NCBI GenBank assembly: GCA_963824905.1
Contig: CAWGRH010000001.1
Coordinates: 302,039-366,038, forward strand
Reading direction: 5' to 3'
Length of the DNA stretch: 64,000 bases
DNA from: an uncultured Alphaproteobacteria bacterium
Lineage (GTDB): Bacteria > Pseudomonadota > Alphaproteobacteria > Rhizobiales > Xanthobacteraceae
The notes beneath the pieces are model-generated. The model worked only from the letters and a program-made list of their open reading frames with translations. It did not search any database and was not told the DNA's origin. Both the position numbers and the translations under genes were made by a program. Shown here piece after piece: positions 48,986 to 57,400 of the stretch. Numbering within the stretch: the stretch's first letter is position 1; each line of letters starts with the position of its first letter.

Positions 48986-50467
48986 CTATTGCTCGGGCAA
49001 CTGGCTGCCCAATCTCTGCGTGAAATAGGGCGAGTCGAACCCGAGCGCCTTCATCCCGCGCTGAATTTCCGGGATGTTCATGAACAGCTTCCACAGCAGC
49101 CCGGTGCGGTGGTTTTCGATCATGACGACGATCGGGCCCTGGTCGATGGCGAGATGCGACCGCGCATACCAATCGTATTGCTCGCTGTATCCGTCGACGA
49201 AGCCGTAATTGCTCCAGAGTTGCTCGCCTTTCTCCTCGTAAAAATAACGCAGCGCCTGCATCGAGAACGAAGGCGTGTAGGGCATCGACGACAAGGCTGC
49301 AGTCGGCTGGATGACGCCCCTGTCTTCCTCGGGGGAGTGCGCGACGTATCCCTTCACGCTGTCCCCGGCGGTCAACCCCCACGCTTTCTCGCCATAGCCC
49401 TTGTAGTGCTTCGGATTATCGATGCTGTAAGCGCGATTGATCAGCGTGTGGTTGCGGGTCTGCTCGCCGTAATCGATGCCGTGATCATCGGTGAGCTTGT
49501 TGGGGTCGATCCCCATGAAGCTGTATTGCGAGAAGAACAGCGGGCCGCCGCCAACCGAATTTCCGAGCGGCAGGGTGTATCCGTAATATGTCTTGCCGTT
49601 TCTCCAGTTGCGGGTGCCGACCCAGGTCTTCTCATAGACCTCTCTGTGGACCGGGTACCAGTTCGAAGCAGCCGCCATGATGTAGGTGACCAGCGCTTCG
49701 TTCCAGCCTTTGACCGGGAAGTTCCGGTCGAACCCGTTTCGCGGGCTCCAATGCCACATCAGGCGCTTGTCGGCGTTGACATGCCAATTCCAGTTGGCGG
49801 CATCCCAGGTGTCGTTGATCCGCCGAGCGAGATATCGTTCCTTCGCCGTGGTTCCGTTGAAGTAGGCCCGCGCCGACAGGAGACCCATCATCAGGTAGGA
49901 GGTCTCCACGATGTCGGCGCCATCGTCGACGCGGTCGAACGGTATGACCTTTCCGGTGTCGCCGTTGATGAAATGGGGATAGATGCCGTGAAAGGAGTTG
50001 GCTTTTTGCAGAAAGTCGACGATCTGAATCAGACGGTCGAGTGCCGCTTCACGGCCGATCCATCGTCGCTCCACCGCCACGATGGTCGCCATGATTCCGA
50101 AACCGGTACCCCCGACCGCGCACGCCTCCGGGCCGAACGTCCCTTTTGCAAGATTAGGCTCGCCGTTCGCTTCGTCGATGTAATCCAGATAGAAATCCGC
50201 CCGGACCGTATTGCTCCTCTCTCTCGCCATGCCGCTGTTCGGATGGCCATAGTGCCAGAAATACCTGAAGGTCTGGCGCTGCAGCGCCTCCAACAGCGCG
50301 TCATCCGAAAGATGCCTGACGATCCCGATCGGCTTGATCGCGTCGGCCGGTTCGACATTGTACTCGTTGGGTAGAGATCGAGCGGGAGTTGCCGGCGGAT
50401 TGACGCTGAAAGCGGACGAGCACAGGCAAGTGGCGGCGAAGGCCGAGCTCATCAGCAATCTGTTCAT
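48986..50467 (-). CDS. secreted glucoamylase-family / GH144-like (endo-beta-1,2-glucanase-like) protein
   Basis: Signal peptide MNRLLMSSAFAATCLCSSAFS. Conserved blocks FRYFWHYGHPNSGMARER, GGTGFGIMA, ETSYLMMGLL, FFSQYSFMGIDP. Locally lower GC, about 55-57%. Confidence 0.8.
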   Translation of the reverse strand: MNRLLMSSAFAATCLCSSAFSVNPPATPARSLPNEYNVEPADAIKPIGIVRHLSDDALLEALQRQTFRYFWHYGHPNSGMARERSNTVRADFYLDYIDEANGEPNLAKGTFGPEACAVGGTGFGIMATIVAVERRWIGREAALDRLIQIVDFLQKANSFHGIYPHFINGDTGKVIPFDRVDDGADIVETSYLMMGLLSARAYFNGTTAKERYLARRINDTWDAANWNWHVNADKRLMWHWSPRNGFDRNFPVKGWNEALVTYIMAAASNWYPVHREVYEKTWVGTRNWRNGKTYYGYTLPLGNSVGGGPLFFSQYSFMGIDPNKLTDDHGIDYGEQTRNHTLINRAYSIDNPKHYKGYGEKAWGLTAGDSVKGYVAHSPEEDRGVIQPTAALSSMPYTPSFSMQALRYFYEEKGEQLWSNYGFVDGYSEQYDWYARSHLAIDQGPIVVMIENHRTGLLWKLFMNIPEIQRGMKALGFDSPYFTQRLGSQLPEQ

Positions 50468-50836
50468 CGACCGAAGGCCTTTCTCAGATCCAGGAGCTGC
50501 CCGAGAGCCGAGGCCCCGGTTCCATTCGTCGGCATGCGGCAAAAATCGGTGCTCACCGGCGTTGCCCGCGGTGACTGGACGCGATCTGCCGTCAAGGGCG
50601 AATGCGATCGAATGAGCGTAGCAAAAAAGGCCCTCCAATCCACTGCATTCCGTGGGGGGCGATGGCGCATTTCAATGACCGAGATCTGAGGCTGCTGCTC
50701 GACTGTTGGTTGTCGGCTGCGGCGCGGCCAGCCAAGTGAGCGTGCGTCACAGCCGCGCGCGGACCATCCGAGCGTGAACCTACCGACGTCCGCCGCTACA
50801 ACCACATGTTAATCGTCTTGCGGGAAGGTATGCCTC

Positions 50837-51109
50837 GTGGACTACGACGATCTCATGGAACTCGCCCGCCTGTGCTCGCTTCGAGCTAGCGCCGCGAGCA
50901 CGCCTGCGGTCGCTGCCGCCCTGCGGGATATGGCTGAAGGATATCGGGCGCGCGCGGCGGGTCTGCGAGGAGAGCAACGCCCCGAGATCGCGGAGAGAGC
51001 CACTCCCCACGAGCCTTCGCGCCCTGTGCAGCAACAACAGCAGACGCAAAGCCGGTCTACAGACGCAGATCCTCAACCTCCGATCAGCACGCCGCCCAAG
51101 CGTCGGTGA
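50837..51109 (+). CDS. hypothetical small helical protein
   Basis: GTG-start ORF MDYDDLMELARLCSLRASAAS...LRDMAEGYRARA, with a Gln/Pro-rich tail. Confidence 0.4.
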   Translation: MDYDDLMELARLCSLRASAASTPAVAAALRDMAEGYRARAAGLRGEQRPEIAERATPHEPSRPVQQQQQTQSRSTDADPQPPISTPPKRR

Positions 51110-51148
51110 GCGCCCCAGGAGGGCTGGGCATCGGCTGCGATCGAGTGC

Positions 51149-51406
51149 CTACTGGTACTTTGGCGCCTCGGGATTTTTTGGCTGCTCAGGCCGTTCCAAT
51201 TCAATCAGCCGGTCCTCGGCGTTCGCGATAACCTCTCGCAGGATCGTCTCCACGTTGGGCTCGTCCGCGAACCTTAGAGCCGCGCGCAACCTCATGATGC
51301 TCTTTCGGAGCCATGCCCCTTCCGCCTCCACGTCCGCCCCCCACGCCCGGCAGAGATGCAGCGTGCAATCTCTCGCGGTAGCAGAGTACGTTACGAAAAT
51401 GCGCAA
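51149..51406 (-). CDS. hypothetical small protein
   Basis: 85-aa ORF in the low-GC stretch. No family recognised and the start is uncertain. Confidence 0.3.
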   Translation of the reverse strand: MRIFVTYSATARDCTLHLCRAWGADVEAEGAWLRKSIMRLRAALRFADEPNVETILREVIANAEDRLIELERPEQPKNPEAPKYQ

Positions 51407-51445
51407 AGTGTGGTCTGCGCGTGCTCACGGAGCGGCCTGGCGCAC

Positions 51446-51784
51446 TTACGAGTGGTCCGAACGACCCTTGTGCGCCCTTTCGGCCAGTTCGATCCAGGCC
51501 TCGGCAAGGTTCACCAGCCGAGCCTTGACGGTAGGAGATGATGTCTGTTGTGCCAAACGCATCGTCTCGACAGCCTGCCGCCGGTAGTCGCTCTCCTTCG
51601 AGGGGGAGGGCAGCCGCTGCTCACCGGTGACTTCTCCGGGCCCGTCCGTTCCGGCGGCCGGTTGGTCAAGTTTCATCGCGAGATCGTAGATGCGACTGGG
51701 GAGCGTGGCCGGCAGGTGATACCGGCCGCGCAGCATTTCGGCGAGCCGCTCCAGTGTGTGTCGGTCAAGAGTTCCGTGTGCCAT
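51446..51784 (-). CDS. small helical protein with NepR-like N-terminal motif, paralog 1
   Basis: LERLAEMLRGRYHLPATLPSRIYDLAMKLD plus the C-terminal YRRQAVETMRLAQQTSSPTVKARLVNLAEAWIELAERA. The start is set at MAHGTL (GAGAG RBS). Confidence 0.55.
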   Translation of the reverse strand: MAHGTLDRHTLERLAEMLRGRYHLPATLPSRIYDLAMKLDQPAAGTDGPGEVTGEQRLPSPSKESDYRRQAVETMRLAQQTSSPTVKARLVNLAEAWIELAERAHKGRSDHS

Positions 51785-51901
51785 GCGGAAATGCGCTCTC
51801 GTTGTGGGGTGGCGCGTTAGATAGACGAGGGGAGTGGCCCGAAAACTGGACAAGAAAAGGGCCTGCCGGAACCGCGAGGCAGGCGCGACCGCCCTGGCAG
51901 G

Positions 51902-52240
51902 TCAGTCAGGGAGCTTGCCCATCTTTTCCTGAACAAGAGGATGCAGGAGGGTAGGCCGACGAGGTCGCTTGTTATCCTCCTGGGCCCTTTCGGCGAGTTC
52001 GATCCATCCTTCCGCAAGCATCACAAGGCGCGCCTTCTCGGTAGGCGAGTCCGCGTGTTCCGCCAGGCGCATCGTCTCCACGGCGTTGTGAAGGTAGTCG
52101 CCCTCCCTGGTTATGCGCTTGAGTTGAGCGACGAGGCTGTAGAGCCGAAATGGTACCCGCGTCGGGGTCCGGCATAGGCTTCGCAGCGCTTCCCCGATGC
52201 GCTGGAGGGCGAGTGGACCGACTGTCTTGTCTCCGTTCAT
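51902..52240 (-). CDS. small helical protein with NepR-like N-terminal motif, paralog 2
   Basis: LQRIGEALRSLCRTPTRVPFRLYSLVAQLK plus YLHNAVETMRLAEHADSPTEKARLVMLAEGWIELAERA. The start is set at MNGDKT (GAGAGG RBS). Confidence 0.55.
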   Translation of the reverse strand: MNGDKTVGPLALQRIGEALRSLCRTPTRVPFRLYSLVAQLKRITREGDYLHNAVETMRLAEHADSPTEKARLVMLAEGWIELAERAQEDNKRPRRPTLLHPLVQEKMGKLPD

Positions 52241-52415
52241 GCGGAGCCTCTCGTTGGCTGTCCCCCACCCAGGGCGAACGTGGCTCACGGTGTGTTCGTT
52301 CCCCGACCTTGGGGGCATGCGTGAACGGCTGTGCCGGGTCGCTCGGGGACCACGGCAACTCATGCTGCATCGCCGCGACGGGCGCGCAGCGACCTCTCGC
52401 GTGAGCCTACGCCCC

Positions 52416-52445
52416 AATAAAAAGCCCCCGCCGAAAGCGGGGGCT
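52416..52445 (-). terminator. intrinsic terminator T1 (minus strand)
   Basis: agcccccgc-cgaaa-gcgggggct is a 9-bp stem, followed by TTTTATT on the minus strand. Confidence 0.7.
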
Positions 52446-52638
52446 AAGTCATGGAGAGCCCCGAAGTGGAGGCAACGGGGCCGTTCACCAGAAGGATGCG
52501 CCGGGCGGCGCATCGCATCGCGCCAGTAGGACTATCGTAATGCCGGACAACGTGGCATTTCGATTTTGCGATGAGGGTCTTCCGTAATGGAAAGGCGGTC
52601 GTTTTCGCAACCGTACCGGCACAAAAATCGGACCGGCA

Positions 52639-52672
52639 CAAAAAAGAAAGCCCGACGAGGTTTCGGGCTTTC
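52639..52672 (-). terminator. intrinsic terminator T2 (minus strand)
   Basis: gaaagcccga-N7-tcgggctttc is a 10-bp stem, followed by TTTTTTGT on the minus strand. Confidence 0.7.
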
Positions 52673-52764
52673 AGTTAGCGCTCTCTTTTTTCGCAGCCAA
52701 GTGTGTCCGGCCCGGTCGTCGCGAGCCGGAAGAAACGTCGGAGTCCAACGTCGGGAATCCAACT

Positions 52765-53019
52765 TTGGAAGCGAAAAATCGTTCCTATCGACAGTCGCGC
52801 TCCGGGATGGGAGGCGCGTTCGCGTTTCGCGCGAGCTCCGTTCAGGATATTTGCGGGGATGACTTCACTCGAATGTTCCGCCGAGACGTTGCTGACAGCA
52901 TGCGCTCGGCTTTTGAGCGCCGCGCCAAGATTGCCGAGAGGAAGGCTGCTGCGAACGCGGTCGTGCTGAAGACGAGCCGGTTGTTGGCACGAGCAAACGA
53001 AGTGCTCGCCCGGCGATAG
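52765..53019 (+). CDS. hypothetical small coiled-coil protein
   Basis: 84-aa ORF (…MRSAFERRAKIAERKAAANAVVLKTSRLLARANEVLARR). It is weakly supported. Confidence 0.25.
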   Translation: MEAKNRSYRQSRSGMGGAFAFRASSVQDICGDDFTRMFRRDVADSMRSAFERRAKIAERKAAANAVVLKTSRLLARANEVLARR

Positions 53020-53063
53020 AGTGACGCTGCTCTGCGAGCTTCGTCACTCGCTGCGCATCGCGC

Positions 53064-53100
53064 AAAAAGAAAGCCCCCATCGTTGGCTCTGAGGGCTTTC
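53064..53100 (-). terminator. intrinsic terminator T3 (minus strand)
   Basis: gaaagccc-N16-gggctttc stem, followed by TTTTT on the minus strand. It shares the AAAAAGAAAGCCC left arm with T2. Confidence 0.55.
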
Positions 53101-53430
53101 GTCCGCGGGGGCACGGGGGGGATCGCGTTTCGCGGACCTACTTGAAATGCGCAAAGCGCGCGAGTGTTCCTCAGTCCTCTTCGCAATCGGGCTTCGCGCT
53201 CTCCGATTGCAATTCGGGACTCCGGCCGCCGGCGAACCGAGCGGCCGGAGCCAGCGCCGCGCAAAGGAGCCGCAGAGATCGCGCGGCGCCGATGATGGAA
53301 TGTGTAAGTGCCGCGGATCGTTCCGGCGCGCTTGTGCAGCGGGCCGCGCAGCCGGTACTTGCTCGGCAATGCGATTTGAAGATCGACTCAAAGATCGACC
53401 TTGGGGCGCCGGCTAAGTCTTTGATTTTGA

Positions 53431-53506
53431 TGGCGCGCCCTACGGGAATCGAACCCGTGTTTCCGCCGTGAAAGGGCGGCGTCCTGGACCGCTAGACGAA
53501 GGGCGC
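53431..53506 (-). tRNA. tRNA-Glu (anticodon UUC), CCA encoded
   Basis: The reverse complement GCGCCCTTCGTCTAGCGGTCCAGGACGCCGCCCTTTCACGGCGGAAACACGGGTTCGATTCCCGTAGGGCGCGCCA folds as a cloverleaf. It has a 7-bp acceptor stem, anticodon loop CTTTCAC and a TTCGATT T-loop. Confidence 0.93.
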
Positions 53507-53661
53507 GTTGAGGCTCGGGCGCGCCGACGTATACGTGCGTTGCCGTGCCCAAGCAAGCGATCCAGAACACGCTTGAAAAATACGATCGGAGAACACGATC
53601 GGAGAAACGACGCATCCAAGAACGCGAAGACAGATGCGCGCCCGATCCGCCGGCTGCGACC

Positions 53662-54114
53662 TCACCACTTCCCTGTGTTCGGCATCGACTTCCACGGCTC
53701 CGCCGGGGCCAGCGCCGTGCCCTTCTGAAGAAGCTCGATCGATTGCTTGTCGGGCGAACGCACGAAGGCCATCACGCCGTCGCGTGGCGGGCGGTTGATG
53801 GTGATGCCGCCTTTCATCAGGCGGTCGCAGGTCGCGTAGATGTCGTCGACCTCGAAGGCGAGGTGGCCGAAATAGCGTGCTTCGCCGTAGTCCTCGGTGT
53901 CCCAGTTGTAGGTGAGCTCGAGGAGCGGCGCCGAGCGGCCGCGCTTGCCATCCGCGATCAGCCCCTTATCTTCCGGTGCGCCGAGGAACACGTTGGTGTA
54001 GCGGGCCTTTTCATCGGGACGGCGGCTCACCTCGACGAGGCCGAGCTTGTTGCAGAAAAAATCGAGCGACGCGTCGAGATCGCGCACGCGCAGCATGGTG
54101 TGAAGGTATCTCAT
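53662..54114 (-). CDS. gloA: lactoylglutathione lyase (glyoxalase I)
   Basis: [20 protein letters not shown]...LELTYNWD...[11 protein letters not shown]. 150 aa. Confidence 0.92.
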   Translation of the reverse strand: MRYLHTMLRVRDLDASLDFFCNKLGLVEVSRRPDEKARYTNVFLGAPEDKGLIADGKRGRSAPLLELTYNWDTEDYGEARYFGHLAFEVDDIYATCDRLMKGGITINRPPRDGVMAFVRSPDKQSIELLQKGTALAPAEPWKSMPNTGKW

Positions 54115-54135
54115 GGCGGGCCTTTATTCTCCGTG

Positions 54136-54210
54136 CATTGAACCGATGGACGTTGAAGCGATGGGCGTCGAACTGATGGGCGGTAAATCGACGGGCGTTG
54201 AACTGATCTC
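54136..54210. repeat. 5 x 15-bp imperfect tandem repeat (consensus cgttgaaccgatggg) in gloA/cobB divergent intergenic region
   Basis: The units are cattgaaccgatgga, cgttgaagcgatggg, cgtcgaactgatggg, cggtaaatcgacggg and cgttgaactgatctc. Confidence 0.8.
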
Positions 54211-54306
54211 GCCCACCGGCCTTGCTGCGACGGCCGCGACCCCGCGCGGCGGGCGCCGGTCGACCCGTCGCGCGAGAACGCGCGTCGGCGGCCGGGGCGA
54301 CGCTAC

Positions 54307-55068
54307 ATGATCGCAACAGATTTCGAGACCGCCAATCGCCGCCTACACGATCTCGTGAATGTGTCGGCCGCCATCGTTCCCTTCACCGGCGCCGGCATCT
54401 CGACGGAATGCGGCATTCCCGACTTCCGCTCGCCCGGCGGCATCTGGACCAAGTACCAGCCGATCGGGTTCGATGCATTCATCGCGAGCGCGGAGGCGCG
54501 GCGGGAGTCGTGGCGGCGACGGTTCGCCATGGACGCGCAGTTTTCCACAGCGCGGCCCCGGCGCGGCCATTTGGCGCTGGCGAGCCTTCATCGCGCCGGC
54601 AAGATCCCGGCTGTGATCACACAGAACATTGACAACCTGCATCAAGCCTCGGGTTTTTCACCCGAACAAGTGGTGGAGCTGCACGGCAATACGACTTATG
54701 CCGCCTGCCTCGATTGCGCCGAGCGCCATGAGCTTCCCTGGGTGCGCGAACAGTTCGAGGCGAGCGGAGAAGCGCCGGAATGCCGGCAATGCGGCGGCTT
54801 CGTGAAGACCGCGACTGTTTCGTTCGGGCAGTCGATGCCGGAGGCGGCAATGCGTCGCGCCGAGGCGCTCGCCGCCGCCTGCGACCTTTTCCTCGTCATC
54901 GGCTCCTCGCTCGTGGTGTGGCCGGCGGCCGGATTTCCCTTGATGGCCAAGCGGAACGGCGCCCGGCTTGTGATCTTGAACCGCGATCCCACCGATTTCG
55001 ACGATGTCGCCGACCTCGTGATCCGGGCCGACATCGGTGCGACGCTCGCACCCTTCATTGCCCATTAA
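54307..55068 (+). CDS. cobB: NAD-dependent protein deacylase (Sir2 family)
   Basis: GAGISTECGIPDFRS, TQNIDNLH, Zn ribbon CLDC...CRQCGG, and the GSSLVV motif. Confidence 0.92.
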   Translation: MIATDFETANRRLHDLVNVSAAIVPFTGAGISTECGIPDFRSPGGIWTKYQPIGFDAFIASAEARRESWRRRFAMDAQFSTARPRRGHLALASLHRAGKIPAVITQNIDNLHQASGFSPEQVVELHGNTTYAACLDCAERHELPWVREQFEASGEAPECRQCGGFVKTATVSFGQSMPEAAMRRAEALAAACDLFLVIGSSLVVWPAAGFPLMAKRNGARLVILNRDPTDFDDVADLVIRADIGATLAPFIAH

Positions 55069-55091
55069 CCGCGCGGAATGACTCCCGAAAT

Positions 55092-55125
55092 GACTCTTGG
55101 AGCAGCTCGAAAGAGTCTTTTTCTT
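55092..55125 (+). terminator. intrinsic terminator after cobB
   Basis: gactctt-N12-aagagtc is followed by TTTTTCTT. Confidence 0.6.
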
Positions 55126-55275
55126 GCATCAGGGATGTGCACAGGCCGACACACTCCAAGCCGAAAAGAAACTTTTTATGCTTTGCGGGCCGCTCTTCGA
55201 TGTTATCCTTCGATAAGAGATTCGGGGTAGCGCCCTAGCTCAAGGGGCAACCAACAGCCAACGGCGTGCGTCTTC

Positions 55276-55884
55276 ATGGCGGCGGATGCGAGTGGGCCCA
55301 AGGGGCCGGGGATCGATTTTGATCTGAGACACGAAGCTCTCGGCGAGCTCCTACACGACGGCACGACGAGTGTCGTCGAGGTGGTAGGCGTCATCAAGTG
55401 GTTCGACGTCTCCAAGGGCTACGGCTTCATCGTGCCGGACAACGGCGCAGGTGATGTGCTGCTCCACGTGACCTGCCTGCGCCGCGATGGCTACCAGACC
55501 GCCTACGAAGGCGCCCGTATCGTCTGCGAGGCGTTGGCGCGGCCGAAGGGGCTGCAGGCGTTCCGCGTGCTCTCCATGGACGAGACGACCGCGGTGCATC
55601 CCGCGCAGATGCCGCCGCCACGCACCCATGTCACGGTGACGCCGACCAGCGGGCTCGAGCGCGCGATCGTGAAGTGGTTCAACCGGCTGCGCGGCTTCGG
55701 CTTCCTCACCCGCGGCGAGGGTACGCCGGACATCTTCGTCCATATGGAGACGCTGCGCCGCTACGGCATCACCGAGCTGCGTCCGGGCCAGACCGTGCTG
55801 GTGCGCTTCGGCCCGGGCCCCAAGGGCATGATGGCCTCCGAGGTGCGGCCCGACGGCGGCCCCCACATGCTGGCTTCGCATTAG
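55276..55884 (+). CDS. tandem cold-shock-domain protein
   Basis: Two CSDs are present: GVIKWFDVSKGYGFIVPD and AIVKWFNRLRGFGFLTR. Confidence 0.85.
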   Translation: MAADASGPKGPGIDFDLRHEALGELLHDGTTSVVEVVGVIKWFDVSKGYGFIVPDNGAGDVLLHVTCLRRDGYQTAYEGARIVCEALARPKGLQAFRVLSMDETTAVHPAQMPPPRTHVTVTPTSGLERAIVKWFNRLRGFGFLTRGEGTPDIFVHMETLRRYGITELRPGQTVLVRFGPGPKGMMASEVRPDGGPHMLASH

Positions 55885-55952
55885 GCGCGCTGGCTGCAGG
55901 CCGCTCTACGCCACGCAGGTTTTCTCTCTGCTCTTCGCTCAGGCCTAGCTTT

Positions 55953-56086
55953 CCCTCCCCGTCTTCGGGGAGGGCAGGGTGGGGCTACTTCCTTCCTTGC
56001 TCGCTTCGCTCGCGGACCCCACCACCCCGCGAAGGCTGGGAGGGAGAAGAGACCCCGACCTCCGCGAAGACGGGGGGTGGGAGAGG
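55953..56086. repeat. intergenic palindromic repeat, family C
   Basis: ccctccccgtcttcggggagggcagggtggggctacttccttccttgctcgc... is near-identical to the copy at 8123. Confidence 0.85.
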
Positions 56087-56301
56087 CGAAGCCCTTGAAG
56101 GCGCGGGATTTGCCCCCAATTAAGCGGCATCGCGGATTGGTTCCGGGATTGTTGGTCATGCCTTGCATCCTCCGACACGCCCCGTTATAAGCCGCGCCAT
56201 CTCACACGCGGATCTTGGCCTCACAGCCGTCCGGTGGCCGACCGGCGACGATGTCGCCGCTAGGCTCACAGGTCCGCGGCGGAACAAACCGGAGAAGCAC
56301 A

Positions 56302-57291
56302 ATGCTGCCTGATTATTCGATGCGCCAGCTCCTCGAGGCTGGCGTCCATTTCGGTCATCAATCGCACCGCTGGAATCCGAAGATGAAGAATTTCATCTTT
56401 GGCGCCCGCAACAACATCCACATCATCGACCTCGCCCAGACGGTGCCGATGCTCCACCGCGCGCTCGAGGCGGTGAGCGACACCGTCGCCAAGGGCGGGC
56501 GCATCCTGTTCGTCGGCACCAAGCGCCAGGCCCAGGACGCAGTCGCCTCGGCGGCCAAGAAGTCGGCGCAGTACTACGTCAATTCGCGCTGGCTCGGCGG
56601 CACGCTGACCAACTGGAAGACGATCTCGGAATCGATCAAGCGCCTGCGCAAGCTCGACGAGATGCTCGGCTCCGGCGAGGCCCAGGCCTACACCAAGAAG
56701 GAGCGCCTGACGCTCACCCGCGAGCGCGACAAGCTCGACCGCGCGCTCGGCGGCATCAAGGACATGGGCGGCCTGCCCGACCTTGTGTTCGTGATCGACA
56801 CCAACAAGGAGAACATCGCGATCAAGGAGGCGCAGCGCCTCAATATCCCGGTCGCCGCGGTGGTCGACACCAATTCCGACCCTGACGGCATCACCTTCGT
56901 GGTGCCGGGCAACGATGACGCCGGCCGCGCCATCACGCTCTACTGCGACCTCATCGCCAAGGCGGCGATCGACGGCATTTCACGCGGTCAGGGCGAGCAC
57001 ATCGATCTCGGCGCGGCCGAGCATCCGATCGCGGAAGAGGTTCCGGCCGAGACCGCGGAAGGCCTCGGCTTCGAGGCGCTGTCCGGTCCGCGCGGCGTTG
57101 CCGACGACCTCAAGAAGCTGCCCGGCGTGTCGCCGGCGATCGAGAAGAAGCTCAACGACCTCGGCATTTTCCATTACTGGCAGATCGCCGGCCTTGGTCC
57201 GACGGCGACGCATCATATCGGCGAAGAGGCTGGCCTGCCCGGGCGTGTCGATAGCTGGATCGCCCAGGCCAAGGAGCTCAGCGCCGAGTAA
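56302..57291 (+). CDS. rpsB: 30S ribosomal protein S2 with about 80-aa C-terminal extension
   Basis: [22 protein letters not shown]... is a canonical S2 core. GGAGAAG RBS lies before the ATG at 56302. The extension contains [27 protein letters not shown]. Confidence 0.93.
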   Translation: MLPDYSMRQLLEAGVHFGHQSHRWNPKMKNFIFGARNNIHIIDLAQTVPMLHRALEAVSDTVAKGGRILFVGTKRQAQDAVASAAKKSAQYYVNSRWLGGTLTNWKTISESIKRLRKLDEMLGSGEAQAYTKKERLTLTRERDKLDRALGGIKDMGGLPDLVFVIDTNKENIAIKEAQRLNIPVAAVVDTNSDPDGITFVVPGNDDAGRAITLYCDLIAKAAIDGISRGQGEHIDLGAAEHPIAEEVPAETAEGLGFEALSGPRGVADDLKKLPGVSPAIEKKLNDLGIFHYWQIAGLGPTATHHIGEEAGLPGRVDSWIAQAKELSAE

Positions 57292-57400
57292 CGGCGCTCC
57301 GGCACGGGCACGCTGACGGGCGGCTTCCGGTGACCGTCTTCCTCCCCGGCGGGGAGGAGCAAGGCAATGCATTGCGTCCGATGAAGACAGGATTCTGACG

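Noticed and set aside
45500-53430. An integrase, excisionase, prophage or transposase that would define a mobile island at tRNA-Glu.
   Set aside because: None of the ORFs on either strand shows tyrosine or serine recombinase or DDE motifs. I could not spot a direct repeat of the tRNA 3' end by eye. Only compositional and content evidence remains, and that is reported as a finding with this caveat.
54136-54210. A possible CRISPR array or other spacer-repeat structure. The many GC-rich hairpin repeats were considered too.
   Set aside because: The repeats are contiguous 15-mers with no spacers. The palindromic families A-G are dispersed single copies in intergenic regions. No cas genes are present.
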